A DNA stretch of 64,000 nt from an uncultured bacterium (GCA_947085985.1 CAMTYL010000003.1:234108-298107); one strand, 5' to 3'. Counted from the first letter of the stretch, positions 27,967 through 38,311 are shown. Program-made: numbers and translations. The notes: generated by a model not told the origin, from the sequence alone.

Positions 27967-28037
27967 CTGGGAGACTAGGGATCGAACCTAGATTCACGGC
28001 TTCAAAGGCCGCTGTCCTACCATTAGACGATCTCCCA
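27967..28037 (-). tRNA. trnQ: tRNA-Gln(TTG)
   Basis: TGGGAGA/TCTCCCA acceptor, GCGGC-CTTTGAA-GCCGT anticodon arm, CTAGG-TTCGATC-CCTAG T arm. Confidence 0.93.
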
Positions 28038-28129
28038 GCACAGAACACTTCCGAGCGAACGCTGTCTGTATGGGCGTAGCCCATACCATTAGACGATCTG
28101 CAGCTCTACCTACAAATATTTCTAACCTC

Positions 28130-29164
28130 CTAATCCTGCCTGGAAACCTCCATCACTGCAAGCTCAAGCGGGAGTGCAGGAATCGGGGAAAAGCGGATGC
28201 GACTTGCCGCATCCAAGAACACACGAAGCGTGTCGTGCGTCAGTTTGGAATCCTTTGCACTTGAAAGCTGTTCCACCTCCCCATACACATCACTTCCAAG
28301 CTCAGCAGCAATCTCTTTACGAAGCTCGGGCGCCTGGCGCACCAAGAGCACCGCGCGCATATGCTCTAGCACAAGGGTCAGATACAAATTCATGTCTACT
28401 CCCTGCCTACTCGCAGACGCAATGGCCACCAGCGCTCCCTCTGAATTCCCTGCTGACAGTGCCCCAACCAACTCGTGCACGAGCGCGTGGCGTGGCGCAC
28501 CCGTTGCTTGCTCCACCTCCGTGAGGCTCAGCTTTTTGTCAGTGGCTGATGCGAGCACTTTCTCAAGCACAGAGAGCGCGTCGCGATAGGAACCATCCGC
28601 CAAAAGGGCGACCAAGTCAGCGGCAGCTGGTTCAAGTGTGTACCCCTCCTTCTTTGACACGCCACTCACTACCCCAGAGAGTACTTCACGCGTCGGTTTC
28701 TTGAATTCAAACACCTGGCAACGCGAACGCACCGTCTCTGGCACCTTCTCAAGCTCCGTCGTTGCAAGCACAAAGATTGCGTGTGCTGGTGGCTCTTCAA
28801 GCGTTTTTAGAAACGCATTCCAGGCACTCTTGGAGAGCATGTGCGCCTCGTCCAGAATGTAGAACTTGAACGAGGAGTTGAACGGCAGCGTGTACACCTG
28901 CTCAGTGAGCGCGCGAATATCTTCCACACTGTTATTAGATGCTGCGTCTATCTCGCATAGGTCACGATCGTCGGTGCCAAGCTCGCGCGCAAAGATTCGC
29001 GCAACAGAAGTCTTTCCGAGCCCGCGACTTCCGGAAAATAGGTACGCATGCCCAATCTTTTTGCTTGCCAGCTGTTCCTTCAAGGGACGAACGATGTGGT
29101 CCTGTCCTACCAGGTCGTCAAAGGTGTGCGGACGATATGCGCGATACAGCGACTGATGAGCCAT
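28130..29164 (-). CDS. dnaX: DNA polymerase III subunit gamma/tau (short form)
   Basis: LYRAYRP.TF, GSRGLGKTS, EIDAASN, ILDEAHMLS, TVRSRC. Confidence 0.95.
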   Translation of the reverse strand: MAHQSLYRAYRPHTFDDLVGQDHIVRPLKEQLASKKIGHAYLFSGSRGLGKTSVARIFARELGTDDRDLCEIDAASNNSVEDIRALTEQVYTLPFNSSFKFYILDEAHMLSKSAWNAFLKTLEEPPAHAIFVLATTELEKVPETVRSRCQVFEFKKPTREVLSGVVSGVSKKEGYTLEPAAADLVALLADGSYRDALSVLEKVLASATDKKLSLTEVEQATGAPRHALVHELVGALSAGNSEGALVAIASASRQGVDMNLYLTLVLEHMRAVLLVRQAPELRKEIAAELGSDVYGEVEQLSSAKDSKLTHDTLRVFLDAASRIRFSPIPALPLELAVMEVSRQD

Positions 29165-29181
29165 TACGAGCAGTATACCAG

Positions 29182-30147
29182 TTAGCGAGCGCTCTCCAGA
29201 ATCTGGAGAAAGGAGTCAAAGTCGGGCGCGTCCATGAGGGCGGCTCGTAGTGGTGCGGCGTCATCAAACCCGACAATGAATGCCTTTACGTGCTTTTTAA
29301 GAATATGAAAGGATTTCTGAGGACGCAGTTCCTGGTAGCGCACCGCAAGGTCGAGAAGCGCGCTCACCTTCTCTTCTTTAGACACATCTTCACGCGTCTT
29401 TCCAAGAAAGAGCCACGGATTTCCAAAAATGGCACGCCCGAGCATGATGCCGTCGGCTCCGCTTGCGAGCGCCTTTGCACGCGCGTCCGCAATGTCTTCA
29501 ACGTCGCCATTACCCAGAATGAGTGTCTCAGGACTTACGCGGTCACGAATAGCTACTGCGCGCGGCATAAGGTCCCAGTGCGCGGGCACCTTGCTCATTT
29601 CTTTGCGGGTACGCAGGTGCACGGTAAGCGCCGCTGGTTTTTCTTCCAGTACCTGCGTGAGCCACTCCTCCATATTCTCGCTGTTGTAGCCTATGCGCGT
29701 TTTGACAGAGACTGGCAGGCCACCCTCCTTCGCTGCGCGAATAATCGCGCGCGCCTTCTCGGGATTCCTTATCATCGCGGAGCCACATCCCTGCTTCTCA
29801 ATCGCCTTGTCCGGGCAACCCATGTTGATATCAACGCCATCAAACCCAAGCTCTTTGCAGAGCTTTGCAGCGTACGCCATGTTCTCGGGATTGCTTGAAA
29901 AGAGTTGCGCCACAATAGGTCGCTCTCCTTCACTAAACTGCAAGTCACGCAGAAGCGGGTTCTCCGCGTCTGGCATGAGCTTGCGCTCACGAGTAGCGTA
30001 CAGCCCGTCAGCAGACACAAATTCCGTCCAGGTGACGTCGGGCTTTCCCGTCTCTGCTATAAGCGCACGATAGGCAGGGTCGGTGACGTCCGCCATAGGA
30101 GCGAGTACAAAAAAGGGTTTTGGGAGATTGTTCCAAAATGACGTCAT
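29182..30147 (-). CDS. dus: tRNA-dihydrouridine synthase
   Basis: LAPMADVTD, DINMGCP, SVKTRIG, VHLRT, GNGDV, GIMLGRA. Confidence 0.93.
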   Translation of the reverse strand: MTSFWNNLPKPFFVLAPMADVTDPAYRALIAETGKPDVTWTEFVSADGLYATRERKLMPDAENPLLRDLQFSEGERPIVAQLFSSNPENMAYAAKLCKELGFDGVDINMGCPDKAIEKQGCGSAMIRNPEKARAIIRAAKEGGLPVSVKTRIGYNSENMEEWLTQVLEEKPAALTVHLRTRKEMSKVPAHWDLMPRAVAIRDRVSPETLILGNGDVEDIADARAKALASGADGIMLGRAIFGNPWLFLGKTREDVSKEEKVSALLDLAVRYQELRPQKSFHILKKHVKAFIVGFDDAAPLRAALMDAPDFDSFLQILESAR

Positions 30148-30180
30148 AGAAGTATGGGTACCGCACTTAGTGAGCACTGT

Positions 30181-31224
30181 CTAGAGCGCGTCCTGACTTG
30201 GCTCTGAATCTTGCTCCGGTACTGGTTCTTGAACCGGCTCTGGATCTGGCGTAGAAACTACTGGTGCCCCCTTGCGCAGGTACACCTTACTCTCAAATCG
30301 GAGGTCTACGTACTCCACGGTTCCGTCATTGATTTTTACTTGTGGGAACACGCTTGCGGCTAGTTGCGCCGCTTCTTTCTCCCTGCCAATCACATAGGTG
30401 ATGCGTGTTCCGGCGAGCGTGTAGAAGTCGGCTTCGTCGTCCCGAATCGCAAGCTCCGAGATGTTTGCCCCAAGGGCGCGGAAGGTCTTAGCAAGACGAA
30501 GGGAGTTGGGTATCGCGCTTGCATACCCCACGTGCGCTCGCACTGGCTCCACCGCGCCACCCTCAAGCGGTACATACACTTTCAGCAGAAGCGTGGAAGA
30601 TGCAGCGGGCTCCACCCCTGTGTACGGCGCAAACACGTATCCGTCCGCGTCAGTCCCAAAACATGTTTCCACCTTCTCACTGCGAGCTGGTCCACACCAC
30701 ACAAAGGCACTAGAGCGAAGCACCGGCACCACTTGTATTCCCTGTAAGCCCGCGGAATGAAACGACACTGCTACGACGTGCGGGTGCTCTGCCAAAATTC
30801 GTTTTCGTATATCCGACTCGGGAATAAAGAAGATTGAATTGCGCGGAACAATAAAAAGATGTGTTCCCTGCATGGCTTTCGTTGCAATCGCACGAATGCT
30901 CTCTGCGTCCTCTCCAACCACTTCAACATTTTTGATGCGAAGCTCAGGTATCCATGCGGCATAGATGAGAGCAGCAACGGCGAGCGCGACAAACGCACTC
31001 ACACCAATGTAAAAAATTCGCTTTGCTCGGGCGCGACGCACTTTTAACGGCTCCGCGGATGCTGGCTGCCTACGTGTACGCGTTGCCACTATTGGCTGCG
31101 CCACTGCTCTCGGTGCTGGTTTTCGTGCAGGATTACGCTTAGCCCGTGCAGGCGTACTGACCGCAGCAGGAGTGCGCGCAGGCGGCGCGCTACGCACTAC
31201 GTCCCAAGACTTAGTAGACTTCAT
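30181..31224 (-). CDS. Cell division protein FtsQ/DivIB-like
   Basis: Basic cytoplasmic N-terminus, single TM, POTRA-like region, C-terminal YVDLRFESKVY. Confidence 0.72.
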   Translation of the reverse strand: MKSTKSWDVVRSAPPARTPAAVSTPARAKRNPARKPAPRAVAQPIVATRTRRQPASAEPLKVRRARAKRIFYIGVSAFVALAVAALIYAAWIPELRIKNVEVVGEDAESIRAIATKAMQGTHLFIVPRNSIFFIPESDIRKRILAEHPHVVAVSFHSAGLQGIQVVPVLRSSAFVWCGPARSEKVETCFGTDADGYVFAPYTGVEPAASSTLLLKVYVPLEGGAVEPVRAHVGYASAIPNSLRLAKTFRALGANISELAIRDDEADFYTLAGTRITYVIGREKEAAQLAASVFPQVKINDGTVEYVDLRFESKVYLRKGAPVVSTPDPEPVQEPVPEQDSEPSQDAL

Positions 31225-31253
31225 TGACTAAATAATACCAGCTCCGCCGTACA

Positions 31254-31345
31254 AAAGGGTGGCTGCAGACGGCAACGGCTCGCACTCAACGTATTGCTCT
31301 TACTTATACGCTTCGTGCTCCGCCGGCCATCTTCGCTCACCCTTT
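31254..31345 (-). repeat. Intergenic structured palindromic repeat, copy 2
   Basis: AAAGGGTG/CACCCTTT outer stem; minus strand CGGC-GGA-GCAC-GAAGCGTA...TACGTTGA-GTGC-GA-GCCG. Confidence 0.6.
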
Positions 31346-31349
31346 CGCA

Positions 31350-32627
31350 CTACTCGCCTTGGCCTGATTTACCCAATGAAGTCTTCCCGACATAGGGGAC
31401 GAGTACTTCAGGCACACGGATAGTGCCGTCTTCTTGCTGATAATTTTCTACAAGCATTGAGAGAATGCGCGGCATTGCTACTGCGGTGTTGTTGAGTGAG
31501 TGGGCAAACTGCAACTTGCCCTCGCTATCGCGATAGCGCGTGGTAAGACGGCGTGTCTGGAAGTCGTGGAAGTACGAGGAGGAGTGTGTTTCGCGGTACG
31601 TGTTTTGCGACGGCATCCACGCTTCAATGTCGTACTTCTTTACCTGTCCAAGCCCTAGGTCACCACCGCAATTAACCACTACGTGGTATGGCAGATTTAG
31701 GAGCTGCAAGAACTCTTCCGCGTTCTGTGTGAGCTCTTCATGCAAACGCACTGACTCAGTGTGTGACGCTTCACACAACACTACCTGCTCCCATTTGAAA
31801 AACTCGTGTACACGAATGAGGCCCTTCGTGTCCTTGCTGTGACTACCTGCCTCTCTGCGGAAACAGGGAGAGTAGGAAACAAACTTCACCGGAAGCTGAT
31901 TCATATCAAGCGTCTCGTTCATGTAGTAGCCCATGGTCGCCACCTCAGCGGTGCCTGATAGATACTCCCCGTCCTGTGTCTTGTACAAATCTTCCTCGCT
32001 CTGTGGCAGGTAGCCCGTTCCCATAAACGTCTCACGACGAACCAGAGACGGCGCGATGAGCGGCTCAAATCCTTTCTTCACAAAATGCATGAGCGCAAGT
32101 TGGGAGACGGCGTTCGCAAGGAGTACTCCATCACCCTTCAAAAAGTATCCGCGGAACCCTGCCACCTTCGTACCACGCTCAAAATCAGCCATGCCGAGAT
32201 TGGTCATCAGCTCCACATGATCCTTTGGCGCAAATGAAAATGTAGGAATGTCGCCCCAGGTCCTCACTTCTACGTTGTCAGCATCACTATCCCCCTCAGG
32301 CACCGTCATGTCAGGAATGTTTGGGACGGAGAGCATAAGCTTCTGCCACTCTTCCATTACCTTCACCAGCTTTTCTTCCGCTTCTGCCATGCCGTCCTTT
32401 AGCGTCTTTAGCGATTCAAGCAGCTTCTCCTTTTCTTCTCCTTGAATATTTACAATATTAAAACTTGCACGGTTCTGCTCTGCGCGCTTTTCATCAAGCT
32501 CCGTGCGCAGTGCTTTGCGCTCGTCGTCCACCGCAATAAGGCGATCTATGTCCACCTCAATGTGTTTCTTGCGGGCACCCTCCTGTACCAGCTCTTTATT
32601 CTCGCGGATGAAATGAATGTCTAGCAT
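31350..32627 (-). CDS. serS: Serine--tRNA ligase
   Basis: MLDI..IREN, coiled-coil arm, GTAE, CFRREAGS, RVHEF.K.E, HSLNNT. Confidence 0.96.
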   Translation of the reverse strand: MLDIHFIRENKELVQEGARKKHIEVDIDRLIAVDDERKALRTELDEKRAEQNRASFNIVNIQGEEKEKLLESLKTLKDGMAEAEEKLVKVMEEWQKLMLSVPNIPDMTVPEGDSDADNVEVRTWGDIPTFSFAPKDHVELMTNLGMADFERGTKVAGFRGYFLKGDGVLLANAVSQLALMHFVKKGFEPLIAPSLVRRETFMGTGYLPQSEEDLYKTQDGEYLSGTAEVATMGYYMNETLDMNQLPVKFVSYSPCFRREAGSHSKDTKGLIRVHEFFKWEQVVLCEASHTESVRLHEELTQNAEEFLQLLNLPYHVVVNCGGDLGLGQVKKYDIEAWMPSQNTYRETHSSSYFHDFQTRRLTTRYRDSEGKLQFAHSLNNTAVAMPRILSMLVENYQQEDGTIRVPEVLVPYVGKTSLGKSGQGE

Positions 32628-32652
32628 AGGACTATAATAATGAAAGCATAGT

Positions 32653-33513
32653 ATGGAGTACCAAATGCGACAACTCTCTCCTGCGGACTACCCCGAAGGA
32701 CTGCGAGAAATTCCTGATGTACCGCCTTCGCTCTATATCCGCGGGAGCCTACCTCCGGAGGGCACCGTCTATTTGACCGTGGTTGGCTCGCGCGACCTCT
32801 CTACCTATGGGCGCGAGGCCGCCGAGCGCCTGATTGCCGGCCTTGCTGGCTACCCCGTCTGTATTGTCTCGGGGCTCGCGCTTGGCGCTGATGCTTGTGC
32901 GCACCGAGCAGCGCTTGCCGCAGGTCTCCACACCATAGCGTTCCCTGGCTCTGGTATAGACGATGCAAGCATAGCGCCTAGAACGAACGCTGGGCTTGCG
33001 GCGCAGATTCTCGCGTCTGGTGGAGCACTTATGAGTGAGTACCCACCAGGCACCCTTGCAGCGCCCTGGATGTTCCCCGCACGCAATCGCCTCATGGTGG
33101 GCATAGCGAGCGCCGTGCTCGTGATTGAAGCGGGTGAGCGCTCGGGCACACTTATCACCGCAAGACTCTCAGGCGAATACAACCGCGACTTATTGTGCGT
33201 ACCCTACCGCATTGGTGACCGTGGTGGGTACGCGGCAAACCTATTTATTCGCCTCGGTGCTGCGCTCGTAGCAGAGCCTGTGCATATTTTGGACGCGCTT
33301 AGTATAAACCGGGAAAAGAAGGTGAACGATTCTGTCGTGCACAAACTCACTCCACAGGAGCACGTGTTGTACGAGCTTCTGCAAGTGCCACTCGCCCGCG
33401 ACGAGATAATTCGCGACTCGGGCCTGCCTGCACACGAGGTGCTCACCGCGCTCGTCATGCTAGAGCTTCGCGGCGTACTCAAAGAGGAATTTGGTGCGTG
33501 GCGCAGAGTGTAA
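32653..33513 (+). CDS. dprA: DNA-protecting protein DprA
   Basis: VVGSR..S.YG, VSGLALGAD..AH, FPARNRLM, EAGERSGTLITA. Confidence 0.95.
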   Translation: MEYQMRQLSPADYPEGLREIPDVPPSLYIRGSLPPEGTVYLTVVGSRDLSTYGREAAERLIAGLAGYPVCIVSGLALGADACAHRAALAAGLHTIAFPGSGIDDASIAPRTNAGLAAQILASGGALMSEYPPGTLAAPWMFPARNRLMVGIASAVLVIEAGERSGTLITARLSGEYNRDLLCVPYRIGDRGGYAANLFIRLGAALVAEPVHILDALSINREKKVNDSVVHKLTPQEHVLYELLQVPLARDEIIRDSGLPAHEVLTALVMLELRGVLKEEFGAWRRV

Positions 33514-33574
33514 CTGCCACTGCGCACTCGCGTGCGCTTGACTATATATAGGTACGCGCGTTATGCATAGGCAA

Positions 33575-35977
33575 ATGGCAAAGAAACTTCTTATCGTTGA
33601 GTCCCCAGCAAAAGCGCGCACTATCGGCCAGTACCTAGGTACTGGCTACGAAGTATTGGCGTCTGTCGGCCATGTGCGCGATTTGCCCAAGACCAACAAG
33701 GATGCGGTAGATATTGAAGGCGGGTTCACCCCACGCTACGTAGTCTCGCCCGATAAGCGCGACGTGATTGAGCGCATTACTGCCGCATCAAAAAAAGCAG
33801 AAGAGATATTCCTTGCGACTGACCCCGACCGCGAGGGAGAAGCTATTGCCTGGCACATCAAGGAGGCTGTGGGCATGAAGAACCCGAAGCGTGTAGTGTT
33901 CTACGAAATTACTAAGAATGCCGTTGAAGAGGCGCTCACCCACCCGAGAGAGATTGACGAGAACCTGCGCCAGGCGCAAGAAGCACGCCGTGTACTTGAC
34001 CGCCTCGTAGGGTACGACCTCTCCGGACTTATCTGGAAGAAGGTGCGCTACGGACTTTCCGCAGGACGAGTGCAGTCCCCTGCGCTTCGTATTCTTGCTG
34101 AACGCGAGCGCGAAATTAAGGCCTTTGTTCCAGAGACTTACTACTCGCTAGACGCTGTTTTCCATGCAAAGGGTGGCGACATTCCTGCAAGCTGCACGGT
34201 GGAGCCGAAAACAAACGAAGAAGCAACACGCATCGTCACCCTAGGGCGCACTAGTAGCTGGAGCATTAGCGATATCACCGAACGCGAGGAGGAGAGAAAG
34301 CCACGCCCACCCTTCACTACGTCCACCTTGCAACAGGTTGCCTCTACTCGTCTTGGATTTTCTCCAAGTCGTACCATGCGCGCTGCGCAAAAGCTGTACG
34401 AGGCAGGACACATCACCTACATGCGTACTGACTCCGTAAATCTCTCCAAGGACGCGGTTGCAAAAATTGCGGAGGTGGTTGCAGGCGAGTTTGGTGCTCC
34501 TTCTGTTGAAACGCGCTCATACAAGACGACGAGTAAGAATGCGCAAGAAGCGCACGAAGCGGTGCGCCCCACCGACCCAGCCCGCACACACGCAGGCACC
34601 CCAGGGGATGAGCAGTCCCTCTACGACCTTATCCGCGCACGCACTCTCGCCTCGCAGATGAAGTCAGCACGCATGCTACGCACCGCGGTAAAGATCAAAG
34701 CTGACGCGGACATCCCTCTTTTTAGTACAAATGGTTCACGCCTTGTGTACCCTGGGTGGCTTGCCTGCGATACACGCGCTCGCGGTGAGGATGTTGAACT
34801 ACCGCTTCTCGCTGTCGGTGAGTCGGTAGATGTGATGAAGTTGGGCTCACTTGAAAAGCAGACCGAGCCACCAAATCGCTACACTGAAGCAGGGCTCGTG
34901 AAGGAGCTTGAGAAGCGTGGCATCGGCAGACCGTCCACCTATGCGAGCATCATGAAAACTATTCAAGACCGCGGCTATGTGGAAAAGACTGGGCGCACCC
35001 TTACTCCAACGGCTACCGGCATGGTGGTCTCTGGCTGGCTTGAAGAGCACTTCGCGGAGTACGTGTCTGACTCGTTTACCGCAGAAATGGAGAACGAGCT
35101 GGACGAGATTGCGCGCGGAGAGCGCGGATACGTGGAAACACTGAGGGAATTTTATACGCCCTTTTCCAAAGCAGTTGCGAGCAAGGAAGATTTGCCAAAG
35201 GCAACGTCGCTTGGTGCCGTTCCTGCAGAGTTCCTGTGCCCACTGTGTTCTGCGTCCATGGAATTCAAGCTTGGTCGTGGTGGCATATTCATGAGCTGTA
35301 CTCGCTACCCGGAGTGCGAGGGCGCCAGGCAGGAGGACGGTACTGAAGTAAAGCCGGACGAGCCCATTGGAAACGACCCCGCAACGGGTGCACCTATTTA
35401 TGTAAAGACCGGGCGCTTTGGGCCCTACGTTGAGCTGGTCCTTCCACCGAAAGAATTGCCACCGGTAGAAGACGTGCCACTGCTGACTAAGAACGGAAAG
35501 CCAAGCAAGCGAAAGCCAAAGAAGCCAGCAGAACCAAAGCCAGAGCTTCGCCGCGCGAGTATTCCCGCTGGAGTGCCACTTGATACGGTGGATTTGAAAC
35601 TTGCCCTACATTATCTCTCCCTTCCTCGTGAGCTAGGTAATCACCCCGACAGCGGCAAGGTGCTCATTGCAAACATCGGACGCTTCGGTCCCTACATTGG
35701 ACACGACGGAGAGTTCCGTTCTCTAAAAAAGGGCGACGACCCGTACACCATCACTCTTGAGCGTGCGGTTGCCGTACTCGCAGAACCAAAGCTTCCTCCA
35801 AAGGGCGTGACTATTGTGCGCGAGCTTGGAAAGCACCCAAAGACGGGCAAGGCGCTCGTGCTCTACAAGTCAAAGTCCGGTTACTTCCTCAAGAAGGGTC
35901 TGCGGCGCATATCGCTCCCCGAGAGCATTAGTCCAGATTCGCTCACTGCAGAAGAAGCAGCAAGTTACCTCGCCTAG
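33575..35977 (+). CDS. topA: DNA topoisomerase I
   Basis: LIVESPAKA, ATDPDREGEAI, SAGRVQS, ITYMRTDS, GIGRPSTYA. Confidence 0.96.
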   Translation: MAKKLLIVESPAKARTIGQYLGTGYEVLASVGHVRDLPKTNKDAVDIEGGFTPRYVVSPDKRDVIERITAASKKAEEIFLATDPDREGEAIAWHIKEAVGMKNPKRVVFYEITKNAVEEALTHPREIDENLRQAQEARRVLDRLVGYDLSGLIWKKVRYGLSAGRVQSPALRILAEREREIKAFVPETYYSLDAVFHAKGGDIPASCTVEPKTNEEATRIVTLGRTSSWSISDITEREEERKPRPPFTTSTLQQVASTRLGFSPSRTMRAAQKLYEAGHITYMRTDSVNLSKDAVAKIAEVVAGEFGAPSVETRSYKTTSKNAQEAHEAVRPTDPARTHAGTPGDEQSLYDLIRARTLASQMKSARMLRTAVKIKADADIPLFSTNGSRLVYPGWLACDTRARGEDVELPLLAVGESVDVMKLGSLEKQTEPPNRYTEAGLVKELEKRGIGRPSTYASIMKTIQDRGYVEKTGRTLTPTATGMVVSGWLEEHFAEYVSDSFTAEMENELDEIARGERGYVETLREFYTPFSKAVASKEDLPKATSLGAVPAEFLCPLCSASMEFKLGRGGIFMSCTRYPECEGARQEDGTEVKPDEPIGNDPATGAPIYVKTGRFGPYVELVLPPKELPPVEDVPLLTKNGKPSKRKPKKPAEPKPELRRASIPAGVPLDTVDLKLALHYLSLPRELGNHPDSGKVLIANIGRFGPYIGHDGEFRSLKKGDDPYTITLERAVAVLAEPKLPPKGVTIVRELGKHPKTGKALVLYKSKSGYFLKKGLRRISLPESISPDSLTAEEAASYLA

Positions 35978-35986
35978 AAAACAGCT

Positions 35987-36014
35987 GAGCCCGCTCCCTA
36001 AAAGGGGCGGGCTC
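35987..36014. terminator. Terminator-like hairpin after topA
   Basis: GAGCCCGCTCC-CTAAAA-GGGGCGGGCTC. Confidence 0.65.
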
Positions 36015-36311
36015 TTCGCTTAGGCCGCAGCGACTGACACCACCGGGATTGGCACGATGTAGGGAGACGACGGGTGGTCGATCTCAAACTCCAGCGTGTC
36101 CTCTTCGGTGCACAGCAGCCGGACGCGCTGCGAATTCATGCGGTCCGTATGAAGTACACGGTTTACTCCACACGCTCCGCAGTGCGACCGTGCTTTACTC
36201 AGCAATATTTTCAAAAGAACTCTCCTCCTGATTGCACGATTTCTACAACTGCTCGCGCAGTAAACGGGTTACCGTTTGTGACAAACGGATTAGAGCAGTA
36301 TGCTAAAGACC

Positions 36312-37919
36312 ATGACAACGGTCAAGGAAATACTCGCCCAAATGACCAACGTGAGTGCCACTGACAAGGCACTTGTGGAAAAGGCATACGAATTTGCCAA
36401 AAAGGCGCACGAGAACCACACCCGCTATTCAGGTGAGCCTTACTTCATTCACCCCAGTGCCGTGGCCAAACACTTGGCCGAGCTCGGACTAGATGCACAA
36501 ACTGTTGCTGCTGCCCTTTTGCACGACGCTATTGAAGACACCCACGTCACCGACGAAGAGGTCTCGGCTGAATTTGGCCCTGAGGTGCTTTTTTTGGTAC
36601 AAGGGGTCACCAAGCTCGGGCAACATAAGTATCAGGGCACTGAGCGCCACGCAGAGAGTCTGAGGCGCCTTCTGGTAGCCACCGCGGCTGACGTGCGAGT
36701 ACTGATTGTGAAATTGGCCGACCGCTACCACAACATGACGACGCTTGAGCATGTACCTGCGGAGAAGCGTCGCCGCATTGCCCTTGAGACACTAGAAATT
36801 TACGCACCGCTTGCCGACCGTCTCGGCATGGGCCGTATCAGAAAGGACTTTGAGGACATGGCGTTCCCATTCATTGACGAAGATGCGTACCATCACGCCG
36901 TTGAAGTGCGCAAACTGGCCGCAAAGGAAACAGAGGCCGGACTCATCAAGGTACAGAAGGAGGTGCGTCATGCACTTGCGCGCAAAGGCATGCGAGATTT
37001 CAAGACCGGCATTCGCATGAAGGGGCTGTGGAGCTTGCACCAAAAGCTGAAGCGTAAGGGTGACGATATCACGAAGATTCACGACATTGCCGCGCTTCGT
37101 ATCATTGTGCCAACTATCCCCGACGCGTACACCGCGCTTGGCGTACTCCACTCGCTGTGGAAGCCACTGCCAGGAGAATTTAAGGACTACATTGCGGTAC
37201 CAAAGCCTTCTAGTGGCTACCAGTCGCTACACACTACGCTCGTGACTCCCGAGGCTGGAATTGTAGAAATTCAAATTCGCACCAACGAAATGCACGAGCA
37301 GGCAGAGTTTGGCATTGCGTCGCATGGCTCCTACAAAGCGCTTGGTCGCAAAGCAAAGCAGGGCTCTGTGCAAAAACTTTCCATTCCTTGGATTCGCGAC
37401 CTGCTTCCAAATCTAATGAACATGAAGCGGACGGCCGCTGAGTCGGCCTCAAACGGAAAGGCCACACCTATCCCAGGCTGGCTTACCGAGCTTGCAGACG
37501 CACATGCAAAAAATTCCGAGTCGAGCGAGTTTGTGGAGGGACTAAAGACAGATTTCTTCTCGCATCGCATTTTTGTGTTCTCTCCAAGGGGAGACGTGAT
37601 AGACCTTCCGACCGGTTCAACACCTGTAGACTTTGCCTACGCCATTCACAGTGATTTGGGTGAGCACATGCAAGGAGCAAAGATTAACGGCAAGCTAGTT
37701 TCTTTTGATACTGAACTTAGAAATGGCGACATTATTGAAATCATAAAGAGCAAAAACGCGCGCCCAACAGCAAAGTGGCACGACTACGCGCGTACAAGCA
37801 TGGCGCGCCGACACATACGAAGCTACTTGGATACGCACGCGCGACCAGAGTCCACCATTCCGGAAATAAAGCCCCTTCGTCTCACGAGAAAGAAGAATCC
37901 AAAAAAAGCGAAGGATTAA
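36312..37919 (+). CDS. rel: RelA/SpoT family (p)ppGpp synthetase/hydrolase (HD + SYNTH + TGS)
   Basis: RYSGEPYFIHP, LLHDAIED, KLADRYHNM, GYQSLHT, EIQIRT, TPVDFAYAIH. Confidence 0.92.
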   Translation: MTTVKEILAQMTNVSATDKALVEKAYEFAKKAHENHTRYSGEPYFIHPSAVAKHLAELGLDAQTVAAALLHDAIEDTHVTDEEVSAEFGPEVLFLVQGVTKLGQHKYQGTERHAESLRRLLVATAADVRVLIVKLADRYHNMTTLEHVPAEKRRRIALETLEIYAPLADRLGMGRIRKDFEDMAFPFIDEDAYHHAVEVRKLAAKETEAGLIKVQKEVRHALARKGMRDFKTGIRMKGLWSLHQKLKRKGDDITKIHDIAALRIIVPTIPDAYTALGVLHSLWKPLPGEFKDYIAVPKPSSGYQSLHTTLVTPEAGIVEIQIRTNEMHEQAEFGIASHGSYKALGRKAKQGSVQKLSIPWIRDLLPNLMNMKRTAAESASNGKATPIPGWLTELADAHAKNSESSEFVEGLKTDFFSHRIFVFSPRGDVIDLPTGSTPVDFAYAIHSDLGEHMQGAKINGKLVSFDTELRNGDIIEIIKSKNARPTAKWHDYARTSMARRHIRSYLDTHARPESTIPEIKPLRLTRKKNPKKAKD

Positions 37920-37967
37920 ATGTGACGCGACCCCGAGCGCTCTGCGCTCGGGGTCTTGCTGCGATAA

Positions 37968-38258
37968 TCAGCGAAAGCTGTTGATGAGTGTAGCCAGAGT
38001 AGCAATTCTGAGAGAATACTCAGGCTTCCCTACCCCCAACTTCGAATCTCCAGATTCAGCAATGAGAAATGCGACTCCTCCTTGCTGAGCAGGCGAAATT
38101 ATCGCGTTCTCGTTCACGAGTGTCATGATCTCCTTCAGGATCTGAGCCTTGTGCGAAAAATGCGCTTCGTCTGGGCGTCTGCGGTGCTCCTCTACTATCC
38201 GAAGATACGAGTCACGTAGCTCCTGAAGCCACCCCTTGGCACTCCTGGAAGTATTCAT
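37968..38258 (-). CDS. Hypothetical protein
   Basis: 96-aa ORF preceded by GAGGGA. Confidence 0.55.
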   Translation of the reverse strand: MNTSRSAKGWLQELRDSYLRIVEEHRRRPDEAHFSHKAQILKEIMTLVNENAIISPAQQGGVAFLIAESGDSKLGVGKPEYSLRIATLATLINSFR

Positions 38259-38311
38259 TTCCGTCCCTCGCTGTTTTTAGTCCCACTGGACTATAACAGA
38301 AGTAAAAAGAA

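Noticed and set aside
36020-36214. 64-aa minus-strand ORF with CxxC
   Set aside because: Could be real, but it is short and has no recognisable family support.
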